Origin: an uncultured Bacteroidales bacterium
GTDB lineage: Bacteria; Bacteroidota; Bacteroidia; Bacteroidales; CAIWKO01
Length of the DNA: 64,000 nt
Assembly (NCBI GenBank): GCA_964469155.1
Contig: CAYXXU010000010.1
Span: 306 to 64,305 of the forward strand
Reading direction: 5' to 3'
Numbering within the stretch: position 1 is the first letter of the stretch; each line of letters opens with the position of its first letter. A program made the translations under genes and the position numbers. Positions 37,901 to 46,251 of this stretch are shown here, piece by piece. The notes under the pieces were generated by a model. The model had not been told where the DNA came from. It did not search any database and was given only the letters and a program-made list of their open reading frames with translations.

Positions 37901-39410
37901 TAAGATCGCTTCCTGTCGGAAGAGCGGTTAAAGTTCCGCCGGATAAAGACATCACATAATAAAAAGTATTATCACGCTGGGGAGTTTCAGAATATACACC
38001 AACGGGATAATACTGCGCAGTACCTGCAGTCTGGGCGAAACCAATGTAAAAATCGGCATTGGTAAATGAAGGAGGTACAGGAAAAGAAAAATATTTAGTA
38101 GTACCCAAATCACCAGCCTGAACCACATAACTTCCGCTTGTTGCCACAATACTTCCGCTGCTGTTCATAACAACGGCATAAATGGTGTTTCCGGTAGTGG
38201 CAGCGTCGGACGAAATTACTAGGTTTGCTCCATTCACATATCCCAATCCATGCATGGTAAATTTTGAAGCAAAAATTCCGGCGTTAGGATAAGTAAATCC
38301 ATATCCTCCTGAGTTTGCAAGGCTGTAACTATATCCAAAAAGATTCGAATTTACATTGACGGGTATGGTCAAAGTATTATTTGATGGCCATGTTTCACCA
38401 GCAATAGTTGAGGTTGTGGCTGTTATATTAACATTTTCCTGCAGGGTGGGTGACCATGCTGTAAAATTGACAACAGATGAACTGTTTGCAGCCAATGCCG
38501 TTACATTTTGGGTGGCGGTATATCGGGTGGTTGAGGTGGCCTGATCTTTAACAGTTATGGTAAGGTCGAAGGTTTTGGCCGCACTTGTTAAATTGTTAAC
38601 CCTCACGCCCACAGTGCAAGGAACTCCGTAAACCGTCGGAACTTTTTCAGTGGTATAAATATTTGTTACAGAGATCACATCCTCATACGAAGAAGTACCA
38701 ATGCGGGTAATCGGTCTGTGTAAGGCTGCCGTTAAAGTTGCCGGTAAACTTGAAGTACTTCTGGCACTTGCAATTCCATTCGTCAGGTCGGTATTAGTAT
38801 CATAATAGGTTGCCACGGTGCCTGCAGTGCCTGTTGAGCTAAATTCCCAGGCTATATAAAGACCTGATCCCGTATATGTAAATGATGAACCTCCTGTAAA
38901 CGGAACATCGTAGGTGCCGACAACTAAAGGAGTTGTCCAACTGGTATTGTTACAGGCAAGGGTGAAACCTGAAATGGCCGTGGCCCAAGTAGTGGAAAGT
39001 AAAAAGGTGGTATTGGTGGTATTAAGGAGATAGATTTTTAATGTGCCGGTTAATGCACCTGTTCCGGCCTGCATTATCGACCATCCTATCGAATTAATAA
39101 CAGAAGAATTTGGCAAACCCGAAGCAGCCATTTCTGCAGGTGTTAACAGATAGATACTTCTTTGGTATTTGTAGGTATTTCCGGGAGCCCGTCCACTGGA
39201 AGAATAGCCGTTGGCCACAGAAGGAGCGGATAATATCGGGGAACTCTTTGGCATGATGTAAGGAGTTACCTGATTTAGTGTCGTAGCCTTGTGTGCATAA
39301 ACTGCTGAGGCCTCGCTTCCCACAACTCCGGTTGTGGCCTGCGATTTAAATTGCCCGAAACTGCTTCCTATGAAAACTAAGGAAACCAAAAATAATAATA
39401 ATTTCTTCAT
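34926..39410 (-). CDS. large secreted multidomain surface protein: Fn3-like and choice-of-anchor-J/cleaved-adhesin-like (MAM-like) modules, C-terminal dockerin-like VIRP module
   Basis: ORF 34926-39614. I prefer the start MKKLLLFLVSLVFIGSSFGQ (ATG 39410), giving 1494 aa. It contains three Fn3-like segments (SALNATSITTNSANLTWTP ... YYVRSNC) and three adhesin-like modules (PFSESFEGGVFPPACW ...; PFTENFEPTSPSLGCW ... twice). The last 199 aa are shared with 39796-40599 and 50547-56699. Confidence 0.8.
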   Translation of the reverse strand: MKKLLLFLVSLVFIGSSFGQFKSQATTGVVGSEASAVYAHKATTLNQVTPYIMPKSSPILSAPSVANGYSSSGRAPGNTYKYQRSIYLLTPAEMAASGLPNSSVINSIGWSIMQAGTGALTGTLKIYLLNTTNTTFLLSTTWATAISGFTLACNNTSWTTPLVVGTYDVPFTGGSSFTYTGSGLYIAWEFSSTGTAGTVATYYDTNTDLTNGIASARSTSSLPATLTAALHRPITRIGTSSYEDVISVTNIYTTEKVPTVYGVPCTVGVRVNNLTSAAKTFDLTITVKDQATSTTRYTATQNVTALAANSSSVVNFTAWSPTLQENVNITATTSTIAGETWPSNNTLTIPVNVNSNLFGYSYSLANSGGYGFTYPNAGIFASKFTMHGLGYVNGANLVISSDAATTGNTIYAVVMNSSGSIVATSGSYVVQAGDLGTTKYFSFPVPPSFTNADFYIGFAQTAGTAQYYPVGVYSETPQRDNTFYYVMSLSGGTLTALPTGSDLKYGIEAQVGPPPACLAPSALNATSITTNSANLTWTPNGTATAWEYVYGVAPLAQPTGSGTSTGSSTNNPISGLSSGTVYQYYVRSNCAGSINSVWSGPYTFSTVCAISNTPFSESFEGGVFPPACWSKSSPDGGTGWASITSGTTPLPGFTGGTMTVPTGGGSKAAYCTWTTGGASSNDQWLISPQIAVPANAQLSFYMYLFSAYADYVDIKISTTTNAVASFTTTLLAINNSQLIQGDWKQFTIPLTGYAGQNVYIAFNEHVADNQTDGAFIGLDLVSITEGVICPAPTLLTVSNLTQTGAVLGWTDPTGTLWNIDWGLQGFNHTGGNPVNGLTSNSYTIPVGTLTASTSYDFYVQSNCGATGLSAWAGPFTFMTPCNAYSLPFTENFEPTSPSLGCWTVQDIDGGGEYWTLYTDNHTPGGAQGIGHLYGASGYAESGAVFSPELILPAATIVELSFWSYNLDASYYGQNSVLVSTNGWQTYDVVWAPTTVAEATWEQAVVSLSAYAGNTIQLAFLYEGTYAHAWLIDDILVNESPSCPAPTSLTITNLTQTGADLGWTDPTGTLWNIDWGLEGFNHVGGNAVNGLTANSYSIPIGTLTASTSYDFYVQSNCGSNGTSVWAGPFTFTTPCNAYSLPFTEDFEPTSPSLGCWTVQDIDGGGENWTLYTDNHTPGGTQSIGHLYGASGYAESGAVFSPELVLPAATNVELSFWSYNVYPADYGQNSVLVSSDGWQTYDVVWSPTTVLEPWEQAVVSLSAYAGNTIQLAFLYEGTYAHAWLIDDIEVYVPAPTTKTLNVKLFLEGLYNTSTGTMNQAQDVAGPKFTAPVVDTVRVELYQSVTPFTLAYTYIGVELNADGTLTIPTLPGTITGTYYIVIKHRNSIETWSGDWVDFSGAGPFNWDFTTAQNMGYGSNLKSMGTIWAIWAGDIAVSGLQDGIVDGTDMLLIDNASKPPALLGYFPEDVNGDGIVDGSDMTIIDNNSKPPAVQVIRP
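35547..37046. repeat. intragenic tandem duplication, 2 x 750 bp (250 aa Fn3 plus adhesin-like module)
   Basis: The two Cys codons that open the CPAPT motif of each copy lie at 37046 and 36296, exactly 750 bp apart. The protein copies (CPAPTLLTVSNLTQTGAVLGWTDPTGTLWNIDWGLQGFNH ... and CPAPTSLTITNLTQTGADLGWTDPTGTLWNIDWGLEGFNH ...) are roughly 90 percent identical by eye. Confidence 0.9.
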
Positions 39411-39685
39411 AATAATACTGTCTTTTAGGTTAATAATAAATGAATGATAAATTATAATAGATATGTTTATTAAAAAATTAGGAGGTGCTAATGTACAATA
39501 AATATTTGCTTGAGGCAAATTATTATGATTGTTTTTTTCAACTTTCTTCAATCCTGTTTTGTAAATAGCTGTTAGTGGTTTTTTTAATAGATATTTTGAC
39601 CTGATTTCAGCCATAGGGATTTAGCGAAATGATGAAATTATACCCTATTATTATTACTGCTATCGGCATTAGGCTGACAAAGGCA

Positions 39686-39730
39686 TAAAAAAAAACTTCC
39701 GGATCACAGCAACCCGGAAGTCTCTTTTTT
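39686..39730 (-). terminator. Rho-independent terminator after the fibre operon
   Basis: The 8-bp stem is ACTTCCGG (39695-39702) / CCGGAAGT (39714-39721). The plus-strand A9 run at 39686-39695 gives a U-run on the minus transcript. It lies 65 nt after the stop at 39796. Confidence 0.7.
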
Positions 39731-39740
39731 ATCTTCCCTA

Positions 39741-39776
39741 AAAGTCTGATAGCCATCAGCCTAATAGCCTATATCC
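39741..39776. repeat. AGYCTRATAGCC stutter just downstream of a stop codon
   Basis: AAAGTCTGATAGCCATCAGCCTAATAGCCTATATCC lies 20 nt from the stop at 39796. It shares its vocabulary with 50500-50540 and 12791-12832. Confidence 0.6.
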
Positions 39777-39795
39777 AAATATCCTTTTCTTATTG

Positions 39796-40599
39796 TTATG
39801 GTCTTATCACTTGCACTGCCGGTGGCTTCGAATTATTATCGATCATGGTCATATCCGAGCCATCCACAATGCCATCGCCATTTACATCCTCAGGATAATA
39901 TCCCTGCAAAGCAGGGGGTTTGCTGGCATTATCAACGGCAGTCATATCCGAACCATCGACGATTCCATCCTGTGTTGGATCGCCGCCCCAGATGGCATAA
40001 ACTGTGCCCATCAGCTTTTGATTATTGCCATAGGCCTGCGAAGCTGCTGTGCTGAAATCGTAACTGAATGGGCCTGCTCCACTAAAATTGTAAGGTTGGG
40101 CGCTCCATGTCTCTATACTATTCCGGTGCCTGATGGTAATATAGTACGAACCATTAGTATTTGAAGGCAGATTATTGATCTGAAGGCTTCCATCAGTATG
40201 CAGGTCAATATTATTGTCCTCGTAGAATATTCCATAGGGGGTAGCACTGTTATGCAATTCAACACTTACTTTGTCGGCAATGCCGGCTGAGAATTGCGGC
40301 CCTGAAGTGCCTTGTGCCTGGTTCATCATACCTCCTCCGGCATAGAGGCCTTCCAGAAATATTTTTATGGCTATCTGTTTTGCCATAATCTGCTGCCAGG
40401 TTTGCAGGAAACCTTGTGAGAGTGTGACGCTGCTGCCCGCCTGGGTGCCTATGATGGGTTCGCCTATGGCGAAGGCAAGGTAGCCTCCACTATATTGAGT
40501 ACTACCGCCCATGGAGTTTATTACTACGGGCTGAACCTGTTGTGCCTGCAAGGAGAGGCAGAGGGCGAGGATACTGAATGTTATTATTAGCTTTTTCAT
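39796..40599 (-). CDS. small secreted protein consisting of signal peptide, ~50-aa N-terminal segment and a stand-alone copy of the dockerin-like VIRP module
   Basis: 267 aa with a signal peptide (MKKLIITFSILALCLSLQAQ). Residues ~74-267 align over their full length with the C-termini of the 34926 and 50547 proteins (IFLEGLY ... HRNSIETWSA ... GDPTQDGIVDGSDM ... EDVNGDGIVDGSDM ... NSKPPAVQVIRP). The ATG is 10 nt after the stop of 40610-43159. Confidence 0.8.
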   Translation of the reverse strand: MKKLIITFSILALCLSLQAQQVQPVVINSMGGSTQYSGGYLAFAIGEPIIGTQAGSSVTLSQGFLQTWQQIMAKQIAIKIFLEGLYAGGGMMNQAQGTSGPQFSAGIADKVSVELHNSATPYGIFYEDNNIDLHTDGSLQINNLPSNTNGSYYITIRHRNSIETWSAQPYNFSGAGPFSYDFSTAASQAYGNNQKLMGTVYAIWGGDPTQDGIVDGSDMTAVDNASKPPALQGYYPEDVNGDGIVDGSDMTMIDNNSKPPAVQVIRP

Positions 40600-40609
40600 A
40601 CCTTTAGTT

Positions 40610-43159
40610 TTATTGTTTGTTGAGCAATTGGTCTATTTGTTTTTGCTGTTGTTCTATGATCTTTTTCAGTTCTTCAATCTGTTGTTGCTGTTCCTGCATA
40701 CCTTTGACCAAAGGCACCACAAACTCGGCATAGCGCAATCCATAGAAATCATCTTTGTTTTTAGGTTTATCCACACCACTGAAATCGTATCCCAAATCCT
40801 TGGCGGCTTGTTCTACTTCCTGGGCTATGAAACCTGTTTGCAGTTCCTGTGATTTCAATTGTTCCGATTCTTTTAACCTTAAACTATCGGGAGTTTTGTT
40901 GTATGAAGCAATGGCATCCATATCCAGATGATAAGTGACAGGACGAAGTTTCATAATGAAATCCAAGCCAAAATTCATATCCTGCACCTGCTTTTTGAAC
41001 CTGACATCCGAAACATTTGACCAATTGGCATAGCCACCAATGGAGGTGACACTATTATTGCCAATTCTTACCTGATTTGAGGCAGTAATTGAGGTATTAT
41101 AACCAAATGCACTGGAATTGGAATTGCTCGCTGATAGATTGGCATAAACACCGCAAGCTGTGTTGTAACCGCCAGTAGAGTTATAAGGTAATGCATAAAA
41201 TCCCAATGCAGTATTACCTTCACCGTCATTGTTTATTTCTAAGGCAGAGACTCCAATTGCTGTATTATAATCACCTGTTGAATTATTTTTAAGCGCAAAT
41301 AATCCCGAAGCTGTATTGTTACTCCCGGAGCTATTTTCATAAAGCGCCTGATCCCCCACAGCGGTGTTATTTATCCCAGTATTATCGGCTGCTGTACCAC
41401 TGCCATGTAATGCCTGAAATCCTACTGCAGTATTGTAAGTGGATCGGCCTGTAGTTCTGTTATCGGCAAGGCCCATTGCAGCGTACCCGATTGCAGTGCT
41501 TCTGCTGTTGGCTTTGTTGCTATATAATGCGTCATGTCCAATGGCAGTATTATATGATCCGGTTGTATTATCATGAAGCGCATAGCTTCCATGGGCTACA
41601 TTAGCACTTCCTGTGTTATTATATAATGCTGCATCACCAATTGCAATATTATAATTACCCTCTGTATTTGAATAAAGCGCTCCTGTACCATAAGCCGTAT
41701 TGCTTTGTCCTATGGTATTCGAATAAAGTGCATTGTATCCAGAGGCTGTATTCCAAGTACCGGTTGTATTGGAGAAAAGTGATTGACTTCCCATCGCAGT
41801 ATTCCATCTACCTGAGTTGATAGTCGGGGTTGGACTTCCTTTCATAGCCGAATAACCAACAGCCGTATTATGAGTTTCATATTGCGTGTTTTGAGTTAAG
41901 GCATAAAACATAGAATAGGCTCCGATAGCAGTACTTGCACTGTTAGTAACATTATTGTATAGAGCATAATATCCCAGGGCTGTATTGTTATTACCTATTG
42001 TATTATTGTATAGTGAATAATATCCCATAGCTGTATTTACTGCCCCTTCCGTATTATTATACAGTGTTCGATACCCAATGGCCGTATTAAATCCCCCTGT
42101 GGTGTTGGAATATAGGGGTAAATTTCCTAAGGCAGTGTTGCTGCTAATATTTGCAGTGCCTTTACCAACTGTAATTCCATTGAAACGTGCATCGGCACCC
42201 ACCACATCGAATTTATAGGTGGGCGAGGTGGTGCCTATACCCACATTGGTGCCGTTATCGTATATCAGTGAGTTACCACCCACTGTGGCTCCTGTGAATT
42301 TCACCACATAGTTGGTGGTGCCGCTGATGGTGGCATTGCCGGTGGGGCCCTGAATACCTTGTATGCCCTGAATACCCTGAATTCCGGTGGGGCCTTGTAT
42401 GCCCTGAATACCCTGTATGCCTTGTGCCCCGGTGGCACCCACAGCTCCCTGCGGGCCAACGGCTCCGCTGAGGTTGATACTCCAAATATTATAAGTGCCC
42501 GAGCCGGTTACGGCGTTTATGGTAACATTTAGCATACCGGTGGAGGGGGTGTAGCTTGTTATCAATCCGGTCATGTAGTTGGATGTGGAGTTGGCTATCA
42601 CTACGGTTTGTCCGTTGGTGTAGCTGAGTCCGGTGCCTACCACCAGGCTTTTCGCTCCGGTTGATATAGTGAGAGTGTTAGGAGATATGGTGGAATAGCG
42701 GTCGCCAGCGGCTCCGGCAATTCCTGTGGGGCCTGTAGGGCCGGTGGGGCCCGCAGTGCCGCTTTCTTTGGCATAGAGTGCATAAGGCACCGATACAAAC
42801 TGGTTGGTGCCCACCAATTGCCATGCTGTGCCACCGGCCGGGTCGATCTCTACCTTCAGAAAATAGGTGTTGCTGCCCCAACTGATGGTGCCGAAGTTGC
42901 CGGCTACCACACTGCCCTGGCCTATCTGCAAAGCAAACAGTCCGAAGGCATCGGTGGTTTTGCTGTGGGTTTCGATGTAAATGGCCGTGCCCGAAGCGCT
43001 GCCCTGAAGCAGGCTCAGTTTGAGAGCTACCGATTGATTGGCCAATACATTGCCGCTGCCATCGCGGGCTACGCCCTGGTAGTTGATGGCCTGTGGCGTT
43101 TGAGCATAGAGGGCTGTGCCGAGAATGCTCAGGAGGAGGATGAGGAGGAGTTTTTTCAT
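40610..43159 (-). CDS. secreted collagen-like fibre protein with NTAxG repeat shaft and C-terminal peptidase-S74 intramolecular-chaperone (tail-fibre/endosialidase chaperone) domain
   Basis: 849 aa with a signal peptide (MKKLLLILLLSILGTALYAQ).
- Conserved ~150-aa N-terminal domain.
- Gly-X-Y tracts ([19 protein letters not shown]; [40 protein letters not shown]).
- About 25 repeats of ~15 aa (NTAIGYRTLYNNTEG ...).
- C-terminus SDVRFKKQVQDMNFGLDFIMKLRPVTYHLD ... GFIAQEVEQAAKDLG ... YAEFVVPLVKGMQEQQQQIEELKK, the typical S74 autoprocessing chaperone signature followed by a coiled coil. Confidence 0.85.
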   Translation of the reverse strand: MKKLLLILLLSILGTALYAQTPQAINYQGVARDGSGNVLANQSVALKLSLLQGSASGTAIYIETHSKTTDAFGLFALQIGQGSVVAGNFGTISWGSNTYFLKVEIDPAGGTAWQLVGTNQFVSVPYALYAKESGTAGPTGPTGPTGIAGAAGDRYSTISPNTLTISTGAKSLVVGTGLSYTNGQTVVIANSTSNYMTGLITSYTPSTGMLNVTINAVTGSGTYNIWSINLSGAVGPQGAVGATGAQGIQGIQGIQGPTGIQGIQGIQGIQGPTGNATISGTTNYVVKFTGATVGGNSLIYDNGTNVGIGTTSPTYKFDVVGADARFNGITVGKGTANISSNTALGNLPLYSNTTGGFNTAIGYRTLYNNTEGAVNTAMGYYSLYNNTIGNNNTALGYYALYNNVTNSASTAIGAYSMFYALTQNTQYETHNTAVGYSAMKGSPTPTINSGRWNTAMGSQSLFSNTTGTWNTASGYNALYSNTIGQSNTAYGTGALYSNTEGNYNIAIGDAALYNNTGSANVAHGSYALHDNTTGSYNTAIGHDALYSNKANSRSTAIGYAAMGLADNRTTGRSTYNTAVGFQALHGSGTAADNTGINNTAVGDQALYENSSGSNNTASGLFALKNNSTGDYNTAIGVSALEINNDGEGNTALGFYALPYNSTGGYNTACGVYANLSASNSNSSAFGYNTSITASNQVRIGNNSVTSIGGYANWSNVSDVRFKKQVQDMNFGLDFIMKLRPVTYHLDMDAIASYNKTPDSLRLKESEQLKSQELQTGFIAQEVEQAAKDLGYDFSGVDKPKNKDDFYGLRYAEFVVPLVKGMQEQQQQIEELKKIIEQQQKQIDQLLNKQ

Positions 43160-43235
43160 GGGTGGTTGGGTTTTATGGTTTGTTATTTGTTTGTTTTCGT
43201 TTGAGCTATTTGGTGCAGTATGATTGTTGTGAAAC

Positions 43236-45833
43236 TTATTCCTGTCCTACGGCCACAATATTTATCGTATAGTTGGGCGATTGGGAGGTGGTTTTGGGGT
43301 TATAGATAAAGAGCTTGCCTCCTGATGTTGTAACAGTGGATAATGACATAATGACTTCGGCAAATCCGCCACCCGAAGCATTGGCAATATACACCACAGG
43401 TGCCGAGGTAAAGCTCTCGGGGAAAGTAAAACTGATGTTTACGGTTGAACCTGCCGTGATGGTTGTATTAACGGCTACGGTAGTTGAGAGAATTTTGCGT
43501 TGCACTGCATCAACTGCCCTGAAGGTACCTTTATTGTCTTTCACGGTTATGGTGCCACTGGTAACTACATTACCACTGAAATTTGCATTGCCATCGAAAC
43601 TTGCATCGCCGTTTTTATAAATGATGAGTGCATCGCTTCTAGCGGTATTGCTTGTACCATTTCCCACCACAAACAAGCGGTCTTCGGCAACCCAGCCATT
43701 TGTATTAGCAGGCGTATAATCCGTATTATAGCGTCCTATAACGGTTTCATAACCTGAAGGCGCAGTTGTATATGTGCCCATTGCTGTTGAAATACCACCT
43801 GAAGCTAGTGAGTTATAACCCATTGCTGTTGCATAAACTCCTGTAGCATCTGTATTGTAACCTATTGCTGTTGCAGATACCGCTGACGCATTAGTGAAGT
43901 ATCCCATTGCAGTAGAATATGAACCTGATGCGATTGAATTATCTCCCGTGGCAAATGCAGCTATCCCCTTAGCCTTTGTGCTACGCCCCATTGCTACTGA
44001 ATAATCACCTATGCTGTCAGTATTCCATTGCAAACCGTTAATATAACCTACTCTGAATGCGGCTTTATCAGGATACCACAACATGCGGGTACCGGCTCCG
44101 GATACGGGTGCAGCACCCGGACTTGATTTATAAGAGCCCACAAACAACACATTGCCTCCACCTGTGCCTGTGCCGTTGGCATGCAGCAGGGCTGTGGGCG
44201 TGCTTGTGCCCAATCCGGTGTTACCGTTTTTAAGCATAACCAGGGCATCACTCTTTTCAGAGCTGCCAGTGCCATTTCCCACAACAAAAAGGCGGTCAGC
44301 AGCATTCCATATCGTGGTGCTCATTGGTGTATAATCCGTGTTATATTGGCCTATTGCTGTTTCATAAGCTGAAGCTGCTTTGACGAAATTGCCTGTAGCG
44401 GTTGAGTAATCCCCTGCTGCTGTGGTATGGCTGCCCATAGCTGTTGAAACCATTCCGGAGCCTGTTGTTTCGGCACCCAGGGCAGTTGAATACCAGCCTG
44501 AACCAATGGTGTAGTAACCCAAAGCGGTAGCAGCACTACCAGAGGCATTGGTATATGATCCAATGGAGGTTGAAGCCTCGCCCGTAGCAGAAGCATTATT
44601 GCCGATAGCTATGGAAGTCACTTTTGAAGCACGTGAGGCAAAACCAATGGCTACTGCACTACTTCCTATTGCCTTAGAGTTATTTCCCATTGCCACAGAG
44701 TAATCACCGATACTATCCTTATTCCATTGTAATCCGTCGACATAGCCTGCCCTGAAAGCCGCTTTGTCAGGATACCACATCATGCGTGTTCCGGCACCGG
44801 ATACGGGCACGGAGCCGGGGCTTGCTTTATAAGTACCTGCAAATAAAACATTGCCTTGTCCCGTACCGGTGCCATTGGCATGCAGAAGGGCAGATGGTGA
44901 AGTTGTGCCTAAACCTATGTTGGTACCGTTATCATATAGCAGTGAGTTGCCGCCGGTTGTTGCACCGGTGAATTTCACCAGATAGTTGCTTGTGCCGCTT
45001 ATATTGGCACTTCCGGCTGGACCTTGTAAGCCTTGAATGCCTTGTAAGCCTTGAATACCTTGTATCCCTTGAGCACCTGTTGGTCCTTGAATCCCTTGGG
45101 CTCCGGTAGCACCATCAGGACCTTGGGGGCCTCTGGCACCACTTAGGTTTACATTCCATTGCGAAAAGGTTCCATAGCCTGCCACCGAATTTATATTAAC
45201 GTTGAGCAAGCCGGTTCCGGCATCGTAAGCTGTCACCACACCCACCATGTAATCGCTGAATGAGTTGGCTATAACCACCGTTTGGCCATTGGTATAGCTA
45301 AGTCCGGAACCAACTTCCAGACTTTTGGCACTAAGGTCTATACTGAGTGAAGTGGTGGATTGGCTGGCATAGCGGTCGCCGTCGGCTCCGGCAGTTCCTG
45401 TGGGGCCTGTGGGGCCGGTGGGACCTGCTGTGCCGCTTTCTTTGGCATAGAGTGCATAAGGCACCGACACAAACTGGTTGGTGCCCACCAATTGCCATGC
45501 TGTGCCACCGGCCGGGTCGATCTCTACCTTCAGAAAATAGGTGTTGCTGCCCCAACTGATGGTGCCGAAGTTGCCGGCTACCACACTGCCCTGGCCTATC
45601 TGCAAAGCAAACAGTCCGAAGGCGTCGGTGGTTTTACTATGAGTTTCAGAATAGACAACCATGCCACTAGCACTGCCGCTAAGTATGCTCAGGCGGAGGG
45701 CTACGGTTTGATTGGCCACAACATTGCCGCTGTTATCGCGGGCTACGCCCTGATAGTTGATGGCTTGGGGCGTTTGAGCATAGAGGGCTGTGCCGAAGAT
45801 GCTCAGGGTGAGGAGGAGTAGGAGTTTTTTCAT
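43236..45833 (-). CDS. secreted collagen-like fibre protein with YadA-head-like (Hep_Hag-type) repeats and a distinct C-terminal beta-rich tip domain
   Basis: ORF 43236-45878. I prefer the start [20 protein letters not shown] (ATG 45833), giving 865 aa.
- Same N-terminal domain as 40610-43159.
- Gly-X-Y tract [43 protein letters not shown].
- Two ~230-aa tandem modules ([57 protein letters not shown] ...) rich in SxAxG 14-mers.
- No S74 domain. The tip ([21 protein letters not shown] ...) is possibly lectin-like. Confidence 0.8.
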   Translation of the reverse strand: MKKLLLLLTLSIFGTALYAQTPQAINYQGVARDNSGNVVANQTVALRLSILSGSASGMVVYSETHSKTTDAFGLFALQIGQGSVVAGNFGTISWGSNTYFLKVEIDPAGGTAWQLVGTNQFVSVPYALYAKESGTAGPTGPTGPTGTAGADGDRYASQSTTSLSIDLSAKSLEVGSGLSYTNGQTVVIANSFSDYMVGVVTAYDAGTGLLNVNINSVAGYGTFSQWNVNLSGARGPQGPDGATGAQGIQGPTGAQGIQGIQGLQGIQGLQGPAGSANISGTSNYLVKFTGATTGGNSLLYDNGTNIGLGTTSPSALLHANGTGTGQGNVLFAGTYKASPGSVPVSGAGTRMMWYPDKAAFRAGYVDGLQWNKDSIGDYSVAMGNNSKAIGSSAVAIGFASRASKVTSIAIGNNASATGEASTSIGSYTNASGSAATALGYYTIGSGWYSTALGAETTGSGMVSTAMGSHTTAAGDYSTATGNFVKAASAYETAIGQYNTDYTPMSTTIWNAADRLFVVGNGTGSSEKSDALVMLKNGNTGLGTSTPTALLHANGTGTGGGNVLFVGSYKSSPGAAPVSGAGTRMLWYPDKAAFRVGYINGLQWNTDSIGDYSVAMGRSTKAKGIAAFATGDNSIASGSYSTAMGYFTNASAVSATAIGYNTDATGVYATAMGYNSLASGGISTAMGTYTTAPSGYETVIGRYNTDYTPANTNGWVAEDRLFVVGNGTSNTARSDALIIYKNGDASFDGNANFSGNVVTSGTITVKDNKGTFRAVDAVQRKILSTTVAVNTTITAGSTVNISFTFPESFTSAPVVYIANASGGGFAEVIMSLSTVTTSGGKLFIYNPKTTSQSPNYTINIVAVGQE

Positions 45834-45875
45834 GGGTGGTTGGTTTATAATGTTTGTAATTAAGGAAATGGGTAA

Positions 45876-45883
45876 CAAATATA
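45876..45883 (-). promoter_or_regulatory. candidate -7 promoter box for the fibre operon
   Basis: Minus-strand TATATTTG (TAnnTTTG) lies 43-50 nt upstream of the ATG at 45833. A second match, TATTTTTG, is at 45913-45920. Confidence 0.35.
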
Positions 45884-45950
45884 AGAATTTTCAGATAGGT
45901 TTTAATAAGCAACAAAAATATTAACACTATTCTAATAAAGAATCAGGGAA

Positions 45951-46006
45951 ATTACCGAAATGAGTAGGGGATTTTACGGATATTGGGGGGGGAGAAGTCC
46001 GGAGTG
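45951..46006. repeat. conserved intergenic block (copy A) with TTACSGA direct repeats and GGGATTTTACGGA core
   Basis: ATTACCGAAATGAGTAGGGGATTTTACGGATATTGGGGGGGGAGAAGTCCGGAGTG aligns with 47571-47626. A second shared block lies at 46157-46191 and aligns with 47701-47734. Confidence 0.7.
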
Positions 46007-46251
46007 AAAAAATTTAACCACATAGACACATAGAAGCATAGAAGATTCAAGACTACATAAGGACACAATAAAAATTCATAGCAGAGCCTGCCTACCAATT
46101 AAAGTGCGCAGACTAAAAAAAAACTTGCCGCGGGGGGCAGGGAATAGGTAATAGTGGAGAGGGAATAATAAGGAGGGGAGGCCTGTCTGGCTTTGTGTAA
46201 GGCTGACAAGACTCCCCTTTTGCCGATTGATGATTGCCGATTGGCTTAGCC

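Noticed and set aside
39411-39614. N-terminal extensions proposed by the ORF track for several genes (34926-39614, 43236-45878, 31402-34734, 29407-31386, 17879-21625, 60065-60649, 121-378)
   Set aside because: In each case an internal Met begins a canonical signal peptide or domain start. The upstream codons are AT-rich, low-complexity or overlap regulatory DNA, so the shorter models were used.
39796-45833. Prophage or tailocin remnant, because of the tail-fibre-type S74 chaperone domain and collagen repeats
   Set aside because: There are no capsid, terminase, portal, baseplate, sheath, lysis or integrase genes anywhere in the 64 kb. Both fibre proteins carry Sec signal peptides, and the flanks are regulatory and surface-protein genes. 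A cellular surface fibre is the simpler reading.
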